This document shows, piece after piece, positions 1 to 13,900 of a stretch of 64,000 bases of DNA (position 1 is its first letter; each line of letters opens with the position of its first letter). The translations under genes and the position numbers were made by a program. Location of the stretch: contig OZ193909.1 of the NCBI GenBank assembly GCA_964276515.1, forward strand, positions 14,446,001 to 14,510,000. Direction: 5' to 3'. This stretch comes from Gordius albopunctatus (lineage: Eukaryota). Under the pieces are notes generated by a model, which saw nothing but the letters and a program-made list of their open reading frames with translations, was not told the origin of the DNA and made no database searches.

Positions 1-118
1 GGTATCCGACGCGAGAGTCAGAAAAATTGCGGTGTGAAAAATTTAATCGACAAATTAGTGCGATTTATGAAGCTAATTGATACCACAAATTTTGGTCACT
101 AAATTTATTTAAATTATT

Positions 119-705
119 AATTGCTATGCAATTTATGGGCTCGCTTTTTGGTGTCCGTCCGTTATCCTCCAATTTATTTACACCAGCTTCCCGGCAGGAG
201 GTTTGTGTTCAATCCCGGGAGAGGACAAATTTTTTTTAAATTAAATTTATATTTTGTTCTTGTTAATACCATTGATAATATGACTTTTTGATCGTCCGCT
301 GGCTGCTGACCAATGGAAAAAAATGACCATTGGCCAAAATTTGATTCGAAATTTTAATTTTTGTTTCGTTTTTGAATTGGGTAATAACATTGATAATTAC
401 CCTATGCCCTCCACTACAAGGCCCTATGCCTCTATTAATGTGGGTTCGAATCCCGGCGAACGTTCTGAATTGCTGGTTCGAATCCCGGAGAGGCAAAAAA
501 TTTTTTTTAATTAAATTAATATATTGTTCTTGTTAATACCATTCATAATATGACTTTCTGACCGTGTTCTGGCTCCTGACCAATGAAAAAAATGACCATT
601 GGCCAAACTGTGATTCGAAATTTTTTTTTCGTTTTTTTGACTCGTATGTATTTACAGACCGTCTCTTGGTACTGACCGATAAAAAAATGACCATTGGCCA
701 TATCA
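119..705. repeat. Interspersed repeat family with CTGACCAATGGAAAAAAATGACCATTGGCCAAA units and B-box-like GGTTCGAATCCC (Helentron-like, partial copy)
   Basis: Starts ATTGCTATGCAATTTATGGGCTCG. The same units recur at 9547-10430, 35715-35875 (inverted) and 53960-54470. Confidence 0.75.
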
Positions 706-3700
706 TTTTTAAGTGAAGGCTAAAATTTCAAAATGCTACTACCAAAATCATTATAAAATACTGATTTTTTAAAATTAGTGGGCAAGTGCCCCCCCTACCT
801 TTCCTAGATATTCCAAGTCAAGGGGGTAAATTTTACCCCTGGCCGCCCTGGGAACCTACGGGTAAATTTTGGATGCTTTCTTAAGTAACAACCCAACATA
901 ATTTCTTAAATTCTTGCCCTTTAAATTATCACATAAAATTTCACAATATAAATATTGATTTTCTATTATTGTTTCATTTTATTATATAATATATTAAAAT
1001 ATTTAAAAAAGTCAAATAAAATTTTTTAATAACCTCGTTTTTATATTTTGCATTATATTATCCGAGATTTCAAATAAAACTTGTAGTAATTGTTTACCTA
1101 CAAAATATTCAATTCTCTTCCCCGCTCAAACATTAATTTCCTTATTAAAGGCCTAATCAATGATATTTAAAGATTATCTCACTTTTATATAATTATAATA
1201 ATAATATTTAACTCAATACTTTAGCAAATTTAGCCATTATTTTAGTAAATTTTTGGATTTAGAGGAAAGCAGCCGACCCTTTCTGCCCCCCTTAGCTATA
1301 CCCATGGATGAAATATAGGAACTTTACAACAACAAATGTTGAAATTTTAATAAATAAATTGATTTAATATCTATAAGAGTTCCAAAATCAATAAATTAAC
1401 ATCTCCCCCCCCCCCCGTAAAATCAATACGTCATTATTGTATTAGGGGGCGTGAGTGGAGGGGCAGGGGATGGAGAAAGGGAGAGATAGATGTGTTAGTA
1501 TTATTAATTTATGTGCTTTAAGATCAGCCGCTGTGGAAAAAATAATAATAGCGTCGCACTCATAGGGAATATGGATGAGAAAAACACGTAGGGAAGCAGT
1601 AAGTTCTTTAGAAAAATTATAAATTATGCAAACCTTTACTGTTGCTCTTGATATAGTCTAGGGACATTTTGAACACAAGGATCCCCAAGTAGACTTACAA
1701 TTATGATACTGCCATATAAATATTCTCTTTAGTCTTTGATTATTATGCCTATTTAGTCTATGGCTTTTTTATAGTTTATTTTATTCTTAATAGGTTTTTT
1801 AAGTCTAAATTGATATATATATTTAGCCTAATATATTTTTTTTCTCTTTAAGACCCTAAGGCCCCTTAGTATATCAACTAATCTTAGTGTTTATTTTCCG
1901 CTAGATAGCAGTTATGCACTATGTTTACACTAACTGTTCAACATTCCCAAACAAATCCTTTTCATTCGTTTTTTTCTTTTAAACTTTATTAATTTTAAAT
2001 TTTGCTTTATTTTGTGATTTTAATAAAAAATTTCACAAAAGTTAATGTCCTCTGAAAACAACTTCATTTATTGGCTTACAAATTAATTCATGATAAATAC
2101 GAATGAAAGAGTGGAAAACTATCATATCACAATTCAAGTATTTTTATGCGCGTTGTCCCATAGCGGTGACCTAGCAAACTCTGGCCTATATTTGAATTCA
2201 AGTGAGGAGAGCGACTTGTAAATAATAAAGTGCTTGCCTACCTAAAAAATTGCCCATTTTTTATAAAAAGTGTTGGGGGGGGGGGGGTGATAGAGGTAAA
2301 ATAAAAAAATCATTGATCTGTATTTTATAAGCAAACCTAGCCAGCTTTTGTTTGATCAACCTATCAGGGTCTAATTTTCTTAAAGGAACTCAGATTTCTC
2401 ATTTTTTAATATTAAAAAAGCAAAATTGTAAAAACGGTTGACTGGGAAACTGCCTCCTTTTCCCCTCTCTTTACCTACACCCACGGCCACAACTATAAAA
2501 AATTTTTTACAAAGCTATAATATTTTACCTTTAGGCTCACGTATATAATAAAATTATGATAGGGAACAACATTTTAACCCCTTATTAAAAACTTTCACGC
2601 TTTGAACTTTATCAATAATAATAATAATTGAAGGAATATTTTATATAATTATGATATCAACGACAACGTTTTAATTTCTTTAAACAACTCATTTATATAA
2701 TTATATACTCTTGTCTTTCCTCAAATAAAATATGTGGCACGCAATCGAAAGCAAAAATAAGCCTTCTATTATCGTAATTATTATTATCGCAAAATTAAGT
2801 TTTTTTCAAGCGAGTAAAAGTAATTAAATTATAAATGTTCTCTATTAAGGCACATATTAGGCACGAAAAATATTTGGATTAACTCTTATTACAAAAAAAA
2901 TATGCAGAAAATAAGATTTTTTAGGGGATAAAGTAACCCTTTTTAAATTTAGTAAAAATTAACGTGCCCTCAATTTTTAACATATTTTATAAAAAAAGGA
3001 ATCGACATTTTGATGATTTATGTGTAAATATATAATTTTTAATGATCTTTAAAATCAACTAAAAGTGAATTTATCCCCCTCGGGGTATTGTTTCTTTAAC
3101 CCATTCTTTATTTAATCATTGTTCATAATTGCTATCAAAAAACTTACTTTGTATCCTGCGAACAAAAAAGACATCATGTTTTTTAAACTAAAAAAAGTCA
3201 GATTAAAGGAAATCGTTGAACAAATGAATTTAAGTATCATATAAAATTTTATAAAACTATAAATTTTACATATTTTAGCAATTTAGGCACATCCACTTAA
3301 CATATTTATACATTTTTGACTTTAAATAAGGACGACACCTTAGCCTAATTTAAAAAAACACGTTGATCCCTATCGTTTTTTGAAGCTATATGAATTGTCT
3401 TTTTTTGAGACCCTGCTATGAAAAATATATCAACTGTGTTGCTATATTATTTTTCCCTCTAATAAAAATTTTAGCCAAGAACATTTTATAAAAAAAAATA
3501 TATAAAAATTGGTTGAAAATTTTTGTCTATGCCTTTTTGGTTTTTGTATGGGCGAGATAGCCCCAGTCTCCTTTAATATAAAAACTCGTTACATGTCAGT
3601 GAATCAGTTATTATTAAAAATAACTCCAAATTATGCCATCTTGAGACATTTTTAATTAAAGACTAATTTGATTCTATGAATATACCCACTTTTTAATTAA

Positions 3701-4909
3701 TTTAAAAGCAAAATATATTACTGGTTTTATTACCATTTAAATAATATTTTGGAGCTTTAAGGTTTAAAATTTTGGCAATAAGGCTTCAATTATTTAAAAC
3801 CCATATAGCTCGTCTATATTTGATGGCATTAGCTAAAATATTAAAATTGTATATGCATTTAAGCGAGCTACTCCAACTCTAGTTGTCCAACCATAATTAT
3901 TAAAATATCCGTTATCAACATGAGCAGAAATGGTTTTGTGATGAAATTTTTTTATTCCTCCGTCAGAAACCAGCTAGGTTTTTGTCATTTTTGAATAACA
4001 CGTTGAGAAATATTTATACTTTTAGGCTCTAACTCTGCCTCAATCTCATTATTTAAATCGCCTAAAAGTTCTAAGATGCTTAAACATTTGTTTAATGTTG
4101 ACATTAGAGCGTCAATACTTTTTATTTTCAGAAAATTAAGCCAATCGCGTCGGTTATTTTGACCTTAGATAAGTCCTTAAAATCTTAAACAACCTGTGAT
4201 TCCATTAAAGGAGTACCGCTCAATTCCCGAACTTCGCGTAGGTAAGGTAAAATAACCAACTAATCGATTCCGGTACATAAGATAAAGTTAATGCATGTAT
4301 CAAGCATCACATTAAAAAAACATGTGATTCTTACTACAATAATACTAAATTTAAATAGATAAAAATGTTTGTATTTATTTACATTACATTGCTATAATAA
4401 GTAAATAATACCTAAAATTTGTTATGCAATATTACTTTAAAAGAAAATATGGTATGTATTATATAATAGGACTAAGTACAAATATAAATATCTTTATAAA
4501 CAATAAATATGCATAACGTTAGATCATGTTAACATTACAGTATTAGTCATGCTATATTAAGTAATTAATAACTAAAATTTGTTATGCTATATTATTTCAA
4601 GAGAAAATACGTTATGTTTTATATGATAGGACTAAGTACGAATATCTTTATAAGGCATAAATATGTATAACGTTAGATCATGTCAACATTAAAGTATTAG
4701 TCAATACTATAATGTATTGGGTGGTGCAACAACTATGTGTAACGTAGAATGAGTTATTTATTAACAGAATATAGTTGCAAATTATATATGATTGGCATAA
4801 ATTTGGATTATAAGCATAATTGTATTCATATATTATTTATTAAGATTAGTATTATATAATCATAAAATGATAATACATAGTGTAACTTAAATATTTATCT
4901 GTTATAAGC

Positions 4910-5232
4910 AAAGGAATTTTATTAAGAAATTTTAAATGAGTAATCTTGCCTAAGAAATTATTTCATAATGTAAACCTTGTAAAGTAATTAGTACATAAAC
5001 CTAATATAATTCTTGGTAAAAGCACAATTTTTCCTTTTTGAGCAAAGATTTCTAAATTTTTATCCCTAATTGTAATTAGATTCCTTCATTATGAAAAATC
5101 TTTTAAATCCATTTGCTAAAAAGGAATTTTATTAAGAAATCTTAAATGAGTAATCTTGCCTAAGAAATTATTTCATAATGTAAACCTTGTAAAGTAATTA
5201 GTACATAAGCCTAATATAATTCTTGGTAAAAG
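4910..5232. repeat. 113-bp direct repeat (4910-5022, 5120-5232)
   Basis: AAAGGAATTTTATTAAGAAAT...TCTTGGTAAAAG occurs twice with two mismatches. A more diverged tandem duplication lies just upstream (about 4380-4715). Confidence 0.85.
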
Positions 5233-5524
5233 TACACTTCATAGATTTGAATTGACAAATTTGAAATGGTGAAGGTTTGGTGGCAATTGGTGAACTTTAT
5301 CTTTTGCAACTTTACCTTTTGAATTGAAACGAACTAATCATCTCATATATTCATTCACCTTTTCAAAATAAATTATTTCAATAAAATAAACTTAGACTAA
5401 ATTATTGTTAGAATGCTTGCTGGTCTTAATAAATTGTTTAGTTTTAAAGGGTAGAATTTGTTAATTATATTTAAAATCAAATTCGGATTAGGTCGAGTTT
5501 GGATTTTCAGAACCCTGCTGGTGG

Positions 5525-7045
5525 TAGAGCCCTGCAAAGTTACATTTTTTCAACCCGAACCCGACCCGACCCGAAAGCGTTTTTAATTTTTCAACCCGAA
5601 CCCGACCCGACCCGAAAGCGTTTAAAAATTTTTCAACCCAAAAACGACCAGACACGAAAGCGTTTTAAATATTTTAAATTGATTTGACAAAATAAATTGG
5701 AGAAACAATTTGACGCCACGAATTTGAATAATAAATTTATTTGAGAGAATTATTATAATTATGTATAAATATAATAGCGTCTACAATTTCAGGCCGTAAA
5801 CTCGATCTTCTATCTTCTAAAATTCGTCCAGCTGTAGAAAAAGATCTCTCACTGGACGCAGAGGAGGCAGGTATGGCCAGAAATTTACGAGCCAATAACC
5901 CTAAAGCAGGATATTTATAAGAATATATTCTCCACCATTCTAATGTGTCGTATATTTCATCATCCTTTTTTCTAAGTTTATAATGAATATATTCATCAAG
6001 TTCATCTTTTTCTTGAACATTTTTATCTGCACATTCCTCCCAACCGGAAAAATCCATGAAAGACAAGTTAGCATTATTTTCTAAAATATATTTTAACATG
6101 AAGTTATATGTTAAATACCTAGCTGATTATTTTCCTTTGATACCTCCCTTTCAACAACTGGCTTTTCCTTTAGACTTTCGCCACTTTTATCATTCATTAA
6201 TGACCTCATCTCGTCATAGAGCTCATTAAGCTCTTCAGGCTGCAACATTTTCATCTGTTTGTATTTCGGCGTTAAAAATGTAGCTATCTTTTAGTACATA
6301 TCTTGATCGAATTTTTTCTTTAATATTTGCTTGCACCTTTTGGCAATACCATGTAGTTCTGATTTAATGTCGTAATTTTTGGTGAAATCATTTAATTTGT
6401 AAAAATATAAAAGGACTTTATTTAAAGTTGGGGCCTTGTCAGCCTCAAGTTCTGTAATTGCCATATTGAATGGCGTTAAGAACTTTGCCAACTCATCAAG
6501 CATATAAATGTCAATACATTTTATCTTTGAAGAGTCCCCGGTAGAGGTCAAAAGCGTTTCGACCTCTTCATAATATTTCAACATCGAGTCTAGCATTTTA
6601 AAACGGCTATTCCACCGCGTCTCTACATAACCATGTAATTTTCTATCTAATCTATTAATCAAGCTAAAATAAAATTATGAGCGTCTAATTAATATAAATA
6701 AATATTATACCCAGACTGTTTCATATACGTAACTAAAAGTTTAGTGTCTTTTAGACAATTGTAAATTTCCAAGAAATCTTTCTTCAACACTTCCTCATCG
6801 AAAGTGTTTCTCAACACTGTATTTAATAAATGGCAAGCACAATTAAGGCGCTTTATAAGATTTATAACCTTCAACCCGACCCGACCCGAAAACGTTTTTA
6901 ATTTCTCAATCCGAACCCGACCCGACCCGAAACTATTATAAAATTTTCAAATAGACCCGACCCGAAGGTATTTTAAAATTTTCAACCCGAACCCGACCAG
7001 ACCCGGGCTTTGGGTCGGGTTTCGGGTCACCCGTGCAGGGCTCTA
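5525..7045 (-). mobile_element. Internally deleted hAT DNA transposon with decayed, intron-containing transposase
   Basis: 12-bp TIR TAGAGCCCTGCA/TGCAGGGCTCTA; perfect 8-bp TSD GCTGGTGG (5517-5524, 7046-7053); CCCGA subterminal repeats. Transposase motifs CACHLLN, ETRWNS, LEWW, AIPASSASSERSFS; small introns at 6081-6118 and 6664-6710. Confidence 0.95.
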
Positions 7046-7982
7046 GCTGGTGGTCCTTTTATATTATAAAATGAAATTTGAAGTATAAAATTGGAAAAAT
7101 AATGAAAGTCCCCTTTTTACACTTAAATTAGACTATAATAGTAGATTATAATTAACTGAATTGGGATAAATTGTTTATTTGAACTATATATAAAATTCTT
7201 TTATTATATACACAAAATTTATTTAAGCATTGCAAATAATTCTGCATCGTTATCTATTTTTGTACACACGTATTCGTTTTTCGTGTATTGATATAATAGT
7301 AAATTATGAAATGGTGTTGATTGGAATCCATTTTAATGCGCGGATGAATCGTGATATTTTTTAGGCTTTGAAGCCAAATCTCGTCTCATCAAGACCTTTG
7401 CTTTTTATAAATATAATACTAATTAAAATAAAACGAGCCCATAAATTGCATAGCAATTAATTTAATAACTGATAGGGACAAAAGAAAACAAAAGTTGCCA
7501 TAGGACCTCTGTCATTTGAAATAAGAAATAATAAGCTTTCAAGACCTCTCGGCTTTATTTGCATATAGAGGGTTCTAAATTTTTTATTTCATAGGTCTAA
7601 CACGTGGGTGAAATACGAAGCAGAAATGGGAGCCCCTCACCCCTTAATATTATTCTTTTAATATATATAGTGAAACTAAGGTAAAGAATGATCCATGGAA
7701 ATGCCAAACTTTGTTATCTTTCTCCTTCTAAGCTCATGATTCTCATATTTGATTGACTTATTATTAATGTTATATTGCGAGCATAATGTATCTAACTAAA
7801 TTAATGGTTAACCTTGAAAAGTTTAATGAAAATTAATGATTTTGTAAAATAATGTAGTTATATTTATAATTCAGCAATTTTATTATAAATAATATATGAG
7901 CAGCCATTAATTTCATACTTACTGAATTTTTAGTAATTTTTTATTTGTTTAAAACACTACACCCATTCAAACTGAGTTAAAA

Positions 7983-10900
7983 ATGAAATTCGTTTCTTTA
8001 TATCTAATACTAATTTCGACCCTTTTTTTAAAACGATATAACTTTATTGGGGTTAATACAACAATTAAAGTTGACATTTATTATTTTAAATATTCAATCA
8101 ATCTCGAACCCGTCACTAACTTATTTAAAATGACATCTACCAAAAACGCAAAACCCTTGGAATCTTTACTAGATCGTTTTGATGTGAGAGCAGAATTTTA
8201 TTCACATTTACTTATTTGGAATAACGAAACAATGGATAATTTCAAACTAGTTTCCATTAAGCCAAAAACCGCCATATCTGTACCTTATAGTTGGAGTTTA
8301 AAGTTAGCATTTATAGAGGGAGCTCTAAGGAATAGCATATACAATGAAATCAATAAAATATCACCGCCTTTACCCTATGAAATAAGGTTCCATATTGACA
8401 GCCTGGGATTCAGTGCCCAAATTAGTACATTGTCAAAACTTACCTACTTCCATTATATTAATTTCAAAGCAATCGTTTCAATTCTATATAAAATATTATA
8501 TACGTTCAATCACAATGAACTTGTTATAATATATGATATTGATATCGATGATGCGAGCTTGATAGTTAACGAAATAGTAGACCAAAACGGCTTACTTAAT
8601 AAAGAAAACCCAAATAATTACAGTTTAATTATATATGTGTCGCCATACAGATTGTCCAATATCTCCTATCACTGTGAAAGCTCGGAATGCTTGAATGGTG
8701 AACTTAAAATTGGATTAACCCTCGCTAAGAAAGTCACGAAATGTAATTTAGTATAGTTCTTCATATATAAGTTTAATTTGCAATTTTTAAGTTCCTAACT
8801 TAGATACAATGAATATTAATATCTTAATAAAATTTTTTAATTGTTACCACAATTATTACATAATTTATGTAAGCTTAAAATTTTAAACTAGTGTTTGTAT
8901 AATAGCTTTTCATTATTTTAATAATTAGGTTAAAAAACCATATATGTATATTGCCATTAATATATAGACTTGCCTGTTTTAAGGGCCAATTAAGCGCAAT
9001 TGCTTTTAAATTCATATTGTATTTTTGAAAAACATACCCCTCCCATAACATCTTTTAAATTTATGGTTTAAATCATTATAAAGGTATACTCATTTTGGGC
9101 ATGGGAAATGTTAATATTGCAATGATGGATCAAGCTCGAGATATAGGATTGACCGATGGCGATATATTATTTCTCATATATAACTTTGATGCCAACACCT
9201 GGGGTAAAGATAAATATTGGAAAACAAAAAGTAGTTAACCTTTTATATTTGTATGTTATTTTTTGCATTACAGGTCCGAATCTAATGGAAGCATTTAAAG
9301 TTGTATTCATTATTGAACCTGATATGGGGAACAATCAATCGAATATATTAGCCTCCGATGTAAAGCATTTTAAACTATAATTGATCCAATCATAATGTGT
9401 CTTTAAATGTCTGTATTTAGTATAATTTACATTGGAAGATAGTTTATTCAGCCTCAATAAGGCGTAATTCTATTTATTTTTTAGATTTTTAATTGGCGGG
9501 GCTGAGATATTTAATGCCTTTCATAAATCACCCTTATATAATATTAATTGCTATGCAATTTTTTATTTTTTGTTCGTATTATAATTTAACTAGTTTGTAG
9601 GTTCGAATCTGCCAAATTTTTTTAAATTTTTTTTTAAATTAATATATTGTTCTTGTTACTACCATTGATAATAATAGGGCTTATTGGCCGTCAGCTGGCT
9701 ACTGACCAATGGAAAAAAATGACCATTGGCCAAAATGAAATTTTTTTAAATTTTTTTTGAAAGTAATATATAGATATTGTTGGTACCATTGATAATATAG
9801 CATTTGCCCATCCGCTGGCTGCTGACGAATGGCAAAAAATGACCATTGGCCAAAGTGTGAAGCAAAATTCTTTTTTCGTTTTTTTGACTAACATTGATTT
9901 ATAGACGCCGTCCCCTAGAAGGGCCTATGCCTCTCCTGATATGGGTCCCTGTGCCCCGCCCTCCTACAAAGGAGTATGCCTCTCTTTTACTGATGTGGGT
10001 TCGAATCCCGGAGAGGCCAAAAAATTTTTGAAATTTTTTTTTAATTAATTGTTCGTCCTATTGATAATATGACATTTTGGCCGTCCGCTGGCTGCTGACC
10101 AATGGAAAAAATTACCATTGGCCAAAGTGTGAATCAAAAATTTTTTTTCGTTTTTTTGGCTAACATTGCTTTATAGACCATCTGTTGGTACTGACCAATG
10201 GAAAAAAATGACCATTGGCCAAAGTGTAAAGCAAACTTTTTTTGTCGTTTTTATTAATTAGGGTTTTAAGTTATACAATTCAGTTATATTTGAATAACTT
10301 TATTTGTTATGCAATCATGACGATTCCTACATAAATTGCATAGCAAATAAGCTTTGTTTATAAGAAATATAAAAGTTTAATCGATGTGTATGAGAAAAGC
10401 GGAACGGGGGTCTGGGGGCGGAGCCCCCAGGATATAATTTAGGCTTAATGTTCGCTTTCTAGTCATAATTTTTTAAAAACAAAAAAAAGGTGAACAAGGA
10501 CAATAACATGTTTAATCGCTGGATTTGTTTAGAAAATGTATTTAATTGACTAAAATCCTATTAAAAATATTTCAAGATTAAAAAGTAAAATTTTGTCATT
10601 TATAATTAATTATTATTAGTATTTAATGTCACAATCACAATTTTTACAAGAAATACAATTTATAAAAGTCACATAATAATTATCTGTCAAGGTCAATCAA
10701 TTTATAAATTTTCTCATGTGGAAAAAGGGGTAGATCCCTACAAAATTACTTTTTATTATCCCGAGCTCAACCCGAGCCCGATGTTCTCAGTTTTAATTTG
10801 TCCCGCGAATCTAATGCGGAATTTTTTTCCATTCTTGGATTGACCTGAGCTCAAGTTTAGGCTGCCATTTTTTAGAAGTTGCAGCTTTTAGGCAAATTTT

Positions 10901-13900
10901 ACATTCGAAATTTATACACATTATAAAATAAATTTAATATAAATTTAGTTGTTATTAATCTATCTTCAACAATTTCTCAAATAATTAACTTTAAAATCCT
11001 TACTATTTATTTAGGGGGCAATAGATGGGGATAAAGCAATCAAACCTTATAAATATATAAATTAAAATTTCAGTAGTCACGAGAAATTATGTGTAACAAT
11101 TTTATGAGTGTAATCCGCGCGATTTTCCCCATTTGATATAGGAAATATTTTTCGTTATGAAATTTACGATTTTTGGGATTCATATTAACATTAAGGACGT
11201 AAATGCAAAATCATAAAAAAATGGGCCTAGCCAGGGGGGAGGGCAGGAAGGAGTGGCTGCCCCCCTAAATCCAAAATATTGTTGATATTTATTTAAATTT
11301 TGGCTAAAATTTCCAGTTTTTTCCCCCTCTAATTCCAATGCTGACTACCCCCACGTAAATAAATAAATTAAGTAAAATAAATAAATCTTTGATGGTTTTA
11401 CTACAAAAAGCTTCTAAAGAATTTCGGATAAAAATAAAAGGGAGCCCACCATAATTTATAATCTAAAATGAGAATATATATTGTGCAACAACAATAATCA
11501 CAAGTCTTTAATTATTTAAAAAGTATATATTAAATTACATATATTGCAATTTTGTAGGTCTTCTCCTCCGTTTTATCCATATCTCTTCAGATACTTTCAA
11601 AACATCCGATTAGTGGTAATAATTACAAATATTCTTTTTTCTAATCTAATACTCACTACAATCTCTATAAAAACTTTACGACTACATAATTTATAAAATC
11701 TATTTCAATTAGGTGAAACTTATAGACCTGATTTAAAAATTAATTATGCCATAAGGTATTTGGTCGATGAAAAATCTGGACAATTTCAAACCTTATTTAT
11801 TTATGATTGGCTCAATGACTTGCACTTTGCTAAGATTGACAAAAAGAAAGGCAAAAACAGCTATAATAAGACAACCGCTCTCATACAATCTTGGCAAGAT
11901 TTAAATCATTTAATCAATTGGCCAGATGGAGAAATTCCCAGAAGGATTGCTAACATCAAATATCAGGAAAATGACATTCGTCATTCGACGGTTAAATCGA
12001 AACCCCAAATATCAACTAGTACCAAAAGAGCCATTATCTTTTGTTTATTGACAGTTATTGGAATATGTGTCTTTTATCTCATATACAGGTCATTTTTATG
12101 ATGGTATAAATTGCTATTAATTAAAACTTAAATTTTAAGCACATTCCCTTATTCAAAGCTTTTTGATTTACTAACATAAATTTTTTTTACATTTAAGTTT
12201 TACCAATTTAAATTGTTACTGCAATATAAATTAAAATTTAAAAATATAAATATCATACCACTTTCTAGATTACGCTGATTATCTAAGTTAATGAATAAAA
12301 TTATCCGGTCTTTGACAATAATCGTCTTGGTAATGAATCAACCCTTGGTTTACATTCGTTTTTTGCTAAGCATTTTATCATCTCATTTCGAAGAAAAATG
12401 AAATGTCGTGTAGTGTTCAACTTGTTAATTGCTTTGATGGAAATCTACGATTCCGATAAAATATTTTTGTCTACGAACAAAAAAACATAATGCCCCTCGG
12501 CCCGAAGCCAAAATAATTTTCTCTTTTTAGGCCCAACCAGAACCCGTATCGATATTTGTAAATCTCAAATGCTTTTTGAAGCTTGTCTAATTCGCTAGTT
12601 TATAATGGAAAACTACAATTCCGGATAAATTTTTGCTACAAATAGATAATGATCGCTATTTGAATGTAATTCCTAAATTTTTTTCTCTTTTTTAGACCTC
12701 AAATGATTTAAATATAAAAATATTTAGTTATATTATGACCAAAGGGCCTCTACAAACGCGAGGGGTATAATTGGAATCCTTAACTCCTCATATTATATAA
12801 AATGTTATAAACCGGAATTAGATTTTAATCTTGCTTTTAATAATAATAAACCACGTATTCATAATATAATAGGTATTATAGGAATCAACGATTCAATTCA
12901 AAGGATTGGTTTATAAAGATGGATCAGATTGTTTGTAATACGGATGATTATGAATCGGAAATTTGTTTGTTGGATAAATCCTATTTTAGGGTAAGTAACA
13001 TTTATCGCGCTAACTATTTTATAAGAGCCTGAGCCCGTTTGCCCTCACAAATTGCTATAAACTCTTTTTATTTTCTTATATTCCTACATTGTAGTTAAAT
13101 GCCCAAAACTTAATTTAATTTAAAGCTAAGTCATTTTAAGATTAGACTCATCATAAAATACTTTAAAGTTATATTAAAATGATGCGTTATAATCACCGTT
13201 TTTTAAAACGTATATGTATAAGATAAACATGCGATTTAAATATTTTGCGTATACTTTACAAGTCTATATAAAACCGACACCAACGACTTTAATAAAAACT
13301 TAAAGATGGTTTGACGAATAAAAATTCATTATCAAAGGCATAATGTTAAAATGTTAACTAGATAATAGGAATTTGAAATCATAATTACATTGATGCTTTT
13401 TTATTATTAATACATGCATAGACTAATGAATATAACACCTGACAAAGAGATAAGTATTTGGGCTATTATGTTGGCGTTATTTAGATCATCAATTTCAAAA
13501 GGGGGTTATTTAACTGCTAAGTAAATAATTACAAATTGCTAAGTAATTTATGCTAAGTATATTAATTAAAGTGCTAAGTATTTTATTAAAAAACGCTAAG
13601 TATGTTATGCTAAGTATTTTAAAGGAAATGCTAAGTATTTTATTTTTATATGGTAAGTTTTTATTATTAAATTGCTAAGTTTTTATTTTGATATGCTAAG
13701 TTTTTTAATTAAAATGCTAAGTATTTTATTTAAAAAAATCTAAATTATGAATTTTAATAAAAATGATGAGTATTAAAAAATATTCTTTCTCAACCGGGGG
13801 GGGGGGGGTGTTTTGCCTTCCCCCCCCCTTATTTTTTACCCTCTTTCTCACCAGAGAAGAGGGGCGGGGTGTGTTTTGCCCCCCCCCCTCATTTTTTACC

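Noticed and set aside
3600..4310. Possible decayed minus-strand coding sequence
   Set aside because: Short open stretches only, with no recognisable motif or consistent splice chain.
7983..8756. Stand-alone 257-aa orphan gene
   Set aside because: A phase-compatible donor at 8743 links it to the downstream receptor guanylyl cyclase exons.
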